NCBI GenBank assembly: GCA_964234715.1
Contig: OZ174275.1
Length of the DNA: 64,000 bases
Source of the DNA: Podarcis melisellensis
Taxonomy: Eukaryota
Reading direction: 5' to 3' (one strand)
The position numbers and the translations under genes were made by a program. How positions within the stretch are numbered: the stretch's first letter is position 1; the number at the start of each line of letters is the position of its first letter. Positions 59,290 to 64,000 of the stretch are shown here, in pieces. A model generated the notes under the pieces. It made no database searches. It saw nothing but the letters and a program-made list of their open reading frames with translations, and was not told the DNA's origin.

Positions 59290-59601
59290 GGTAACACTTT
59301 AAATTAAGGTGCCAGTTATAAATGCTTTATTCTTATTTATGAAATGATCTCTAAATGCAACTACTTCCTCAAATAATGTATTATAAAGTATGTTATAAAA
59401 TGCATTAGTAATAAATGCTTAACAGATGAGGCGATGAGAATCTGTTACAAAGGATATTATAAGACGTAAATTGTATTAAACCCTGTGTATGCATCTTTAA
59501 TACATGAATTTAAGTTGCTATTGAGCTTGCTGTAAAGTGACTTGCATATCATAAATAATAATAAAGTAGTTATAAATGGCACCTTAATATAGGGTGTTAC
59601 C
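59290..59601. mobile_element. 312-bp palindromic DNA-transposon-like element (MER136-like by recall)
   Basis: Left ggtaacactttaaattaaggtgccagttataaatgctttattcttatttatgaaatg versus revcomp of right end ggtaacaccctatattaaggtgccatttataactactttattattatttatgatatg. Inner taacagat/atctgtta pair; no TSD seen. Confidence 0.8.
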
Positions 59602-62600
59602 AAAGAGCAAAACACTGTAAGTTAGCAAAGTGATTTTTATCTTCATATAAATGTGACATATTCTACATCTGGCTAACATTTCCTGAATATTCCTTATGAC
59701 TCTATCTAATATAGTTAATGCACCTCAAAGTAGAATTCAGTATACTTTTGGGGAGGAAAAGTTCCTCGAGGGAAGACCTTCGATTGTAGCCTTCAGATAT
59801 GTGACAGATATGTTGTACAAATAATCACGGCATGTTTCCCTTCAGTGCTAGCTGCTGCTGAGATTGAGCCTCCTCTATTCTGGACTCCGGAAAAACAGAG
59901 AAATCCATAAATTAGTGACACTATAGACTGAACAGGGAAAGGTTTGACAGAGCCCTATTGTGATGGCTTCCCAAGGCTTGATCAAACCTGCCATACCGTA
60001 TTGGTTTGATGGGTGACCAAAAAGGTGCACTATATGACAGGAGTCAGAAACAATAAATAAATTTAGATATGTTAGGTGATATGGAGCCCCCTGCTTGTTT
60101 CCTTGCTTTTTATTAGTTTGACCATTGGAACTGTGAGCTATAGGGAAGCTTGTCCTTCTCCTTCAATGGTTCATTATGGGAATGAAGGAGAAAATGTGTT
60201 GTGTATCTCTTGCTGGTAATATGATAGGCTTTTATGCTGCAGTGATAACATAGTATGTTTCCATTTTCAAACAAAATGTGTATTAAATGAAAATGGACTG
60301 GAACCTGAAGTTATACTGTCACACGTTTGTTCATAAGATTCACATTATATTCTTAAATAACACTTGCCATATTAATTATGAATTTGCAGTTCCAGTACTC
60401 AGAATTCAAGATTGCTGCCTGGATCCTAAAATCCTTGGATTATTTAGATTGCACAGCAATCACAATTTGTGATCATCAAGCTGATACACAGGGCACAGAA
60501 GTCCTGCATTATGGCATTCCAGTTGCTTAATTGTGCTCCTTTTGCAGTCCAAAAGTGGGCTGTGTAGTTTATCTATTTTGGCGTTTTGAGTGCCAGAGTA
60601 TGGCTGGAGGGGCAAAATGATCCTCAAAAGTCTTCTTTTATTTCTGCGTGTTTGTTCCCTGATTGGCAGCTACTTTGGTCCTGATGGAGTTGTTTGCAGA
60701 TTGGAGACGTCTTCAGGAGATGATGGAGAAAAATGCTTTGTTTAGAGGAAGCAGTTTAAATCCAAGTGGGGAAATGTTCCATTCAAAGAAAGTGATTTGA
60801 GTCCGAACTGGTTTCTCCAAACAGAGTGCCCCCTCCCCCTTTGCAGAGATCTGTAGTAGTTCTAGCCACCTGTCACAGTTGAGTTGGGGGAATGAGGGAT
60901 TTGGCCTATTGGCCAAATCCAATTCCCCACCCTGATTTAAAGTACCTCTAGTGGATACTCCAGTGGTTGTCTTATCATCAGCCACAAAGGAACAAAAAGG
61001 GCAGGACAGATTGACTTAGCTCCCAGGAACCTGAATCTGTGGCCCATCTGTGGCATTCTTTAGTAACTCAGTCTTTGCAAAGGAGTAGAGGAACTGCTGG
61101 TGGCTCTTAGGACCAACCCTTCATTTAGTATCTTCCAGATGGCTGCTAGGACTGGTCGCTAATGCTGTGGTGGGATGCACACTAGCGATGCCAATGGAGA
61201 CTGAGACTGGCAGGCTCATCATTTCAAGAAATAAGCTTTTCAAACAGCCTGATTTCATTCCTTGGTGAAAATAAAAGAAAGCCACAGCACATCATTCCTT
61301 TCAGAACAACAAATCAAGGGACTCTACCAGTTTCAGGTCTAAGTAGCAATGTTCCAAGTCAACTAAGTCTTAATCTAGAGCCTCCAGAGGAGCATCTGCA
61401 TCCCCAAAAGGCAACTAGCCCCACCCCAGCAACTGATGCCAAAGTGATCAACTTCCTCAGTCACGCTGAAGACCCTTTTCAGGCTTCACAGTGAAGTTGT
61501 TGTCCACCACCATGAATGCATGGGTCAGAAAGGCAGGTTCAAAGAAGTTTGTCAAGAGACCAAGGAACAGGTTTAGGGCTTAACCAAAGTCCAGATGTAG
61601 GAAGAAACATGGGCTGAAGCTGCAAACCTTCCTTTCCAATAGCACCTCCCTGTGGTACAACCCGTTGGTATTTGGAGAAGCGGCTTCTTATGCACCACAA
61701 GTAGCTGCAAATGGAACATAAACTTGGGAAAGGGCCAGTCAATGCACAAATGTGCTTGGGCATGCAAATAGGCCAGTTTGGCTATTGTGGTTTTATTATT
61801 GTTATTATTTTCTAAGGAAATAGAAATGAAGGCACTGTTCAATCAACAGATAATAAAAATGGTCAGATCATAGGATCCAGCCTTTGCCACAAAACAATGA
61901 ACTCATTATATTATTTCATTAATGTCTAAATTATCCCATTGCTAAAGTACAGCTGCTCAGAACTCCCCCCCCTTCATGCCTAACAATCTGGAAAAAAAAG
62001 TTCTTTACCAGAAGGAGTCTATGGAGGCAAGCTTATTTGTTTCTGATGCAGCTAATGTGATGTTTGCAGCAAACCATTCATCCTACTGTAATTTTTGATA
62101 GGAGCAAAGGAAGCAAATGTACACATGTGATTTCATTAAAAATTATTTGTTTACTGATTTTACTTTCAAGTATTGTTTACTTTAGAGAACGGAAGAATTC
62201 AACCATTAATTAAATAACGTAATATTCATTCATTGTGGTATGAATTTAATAACACAGCAATCTTATTTGGGGCATGAAAATTGTGCAATTTATTACAAAG
62301 ATGGATATGTTCTTAAAACATAAATGTATTAATTCATTAATTCCTGATTATTAAGTACTGGGTATAAATTGATCGTTTCTTTTAAATATGAAACAAAAAT
62401 ATGAAACAAAATATTTCAGTGCAACAGTTCCATTTCAACAATATAGAGGGAGAAATAAAAGTGCATTCCAATAGTCCTTCATACCCATGCATATATGCAG
62501 TTACATTTGGAAACAGCAAGAAACAAAACTGGACTGAGTTAATCATTACCAGTTTTTAAATAACAATGTCCTTATATATTTCGGAAGATATCCAAGTATG

Positions 62601-63658
62601 ATAAAGCAACATATAGACCAAGGTTGCTTCCAAATGGAGCCATAGTATTACAAACTGGTCATTGAATCAATTATTAAATTGAAACTCCGTAATCTGGCTG
62701 AAGTGTGTTGTCTGTCAGAACCTCATGAGTACATTAGGACTATCTAGAATCATTTAAGCCCTGGCTTGTGATACCATTTGCACTGCCAGGTCCTAGCAGC
62801 TTGCTCTTTGAGGTTTCTTTATCATGCAGGGAACCTACCTAAGTATAAAAGGCTCCCTGCTGGAGAAGTTAAGCCCCCAATATGTGTGTGAGTGAGAGAT
62901 ACGGACATGCAGGAGGAGGCAGGTCCAATGGACTCATCCCTATTCTCCCGTTGTACAATTATAATCGAGGGCAGAGAGAAAGAAGAACTACTGAATAGGG
63001 CTACATTTGACATTGCACGCGTGCAACTCTGCTAAACATCATAGATGTATAAAATAAAGTGGTGTGCATTGCGGACAGGCAGTGCCTCTGAAATGTGTAT
63101 TGCAGACACATTGAATTTTGCCTTCCTTTCAATTGTGTATTCAGTTTTTTTCATCAATTGCTCTGACTGTGGTATAAAAATACTCTACTACTGTGTATCC
63201 TTCAGATTCAGTTGTCAGCAACATTCTATAAGGGAAATGTCTTTTTAAACACATTTCCGTTTTGACATAAAATTCTAGTCCACTATACAGTATACATTTT
63301 TCCTCCCGCCAGATAGTTTATTCAGAACAGAGGGTATCTTACCTCAGGTTATTAGCCCTTCTGCACACTAATTTACTGAGTGAAGATGCCTTCCAAATCC
63401 ATATGCATGGAGAATAAGATTTCATTGTAACAGGCACTTGTAGCAATTTACAGGCACAGTCCCTTCCAATGGCTTTGATGTAACATAATTGGTCTGACTG
63501 AAGAACCCAAAGCAAGGACATTCGAGTGTTGGAGGGAGTCCTCATGATAGCTTTTACTCGCTACTGGACGAAGTGTGCAGGATTCCTATGAATTTCATAA
63601 AGCAGAGGAAAGACAAAGATGTTTTAAATGCTTTGGTTGTATGTGTTTTTTTTCAATA

Positions 63659-63919
63659 CAGTAGTACCTCGGGTTACATACGCTTCAGGTTACATACGCT
63701 TCAGGTTACAGACTCTGTTAACCCAGAAATAGTGCTTCAGGTTAAGCACTTTGCTTCAGGATGAGAACAGAAATCGTGCTCCAGCGGTGCGGCAGCAGCA
63801 TTAAATTAATGGTGCTTAATTTAGCACCATTAGCTAAAGTGGTGCTTCAGGTTAAGAACAGTTTCAGGTTAAGTGCAGACCTCCGGAACGAATTAAGTAC
63901 TTAACCTGAGGTACCACTG
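63659..63919 (-). mobile_element. CAGTGGTACC MITE, reverse orientation, 261 bp because of an internal indel
   Basis: TA|cagtagtacctcggg ... ctgaggtaccactg|TA; colinear with the 56940 copy except at 63800-63826. Confidence 0.92.
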
Positions 63920-64000
63920 TACTGGATACTGGCAAATTAAACACGCCCCCCCCACCCAGATGTCTCTCTTTAGTTTATACATTCAAGATAACATTCCAGT

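Larger units (their letters stand above)
13255..64000 (+). other. ARHGAP15: ARHGAP15 gene body, 5' portion (runs off the right end of the window)
   Basis: Four GT-AG exons join in frame (phases 0,0,2,0) to give MQRFMSADTSAEKLHHSHESTGAVQMRIKNANSPHDRHSQSKSMILSDNVKVTEP-ISRHRRNHSQHNLTLSEFISPLEQT-VIKEGCLLKAKIADGGKKQR-KNWTTSWLILTGQKIEFYKESKQAAAANL, recognisable as the ARHGAP15 N-terminus and PH start. The 5' limit is uncertain. Confidence 0.9.

Overview
Eukaryotic (vertebrate) genomic DNA. The repeat content (Sauria SINEs, RTE-BovB, CR1, L2, a tRNA-Ile-derived CR1-tailed SINE, abundant TA-flanked MITEs) points to a squamate, probably a lacertid lizard (inference). The window holds the 5' part of ARHGAP15 (Rac/Rho GAP, N-terminus and start of the PH domain) on the + strand. 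Four coding exons splice cleanly in frame (17553-17717, 49444-49518, 53698-53756, 58950-59037), preceded by a probable non-coding exon and ETS/RUNX promoter at about 12.8-13.4 kb; the gene continues beyond the window. Exon numbers assume one upstream non-coding exon. The rest is upstream or intronic DNA with about 30 transposon copies or fragments, two assembly gaps and several repeat-free, motif-rich blocks that may be conserved enhancers. I see no CRISPR, operon-type system or intact autonomous transposon, and no clearly new multi-gene system. The best leads are: a frame-preserving cryptic exon in intron 2 with an AT-hook motif, an ancient-looking 312-bp palindromic element after exon 5, a solo LTR with a perfect splice donor upstream of the gene, a dense TALE-motif cluster, and a fold-back repair scar in one MITE. 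Repeat family names and comparisons with human ARHGAP15 are from memory and were not searched.
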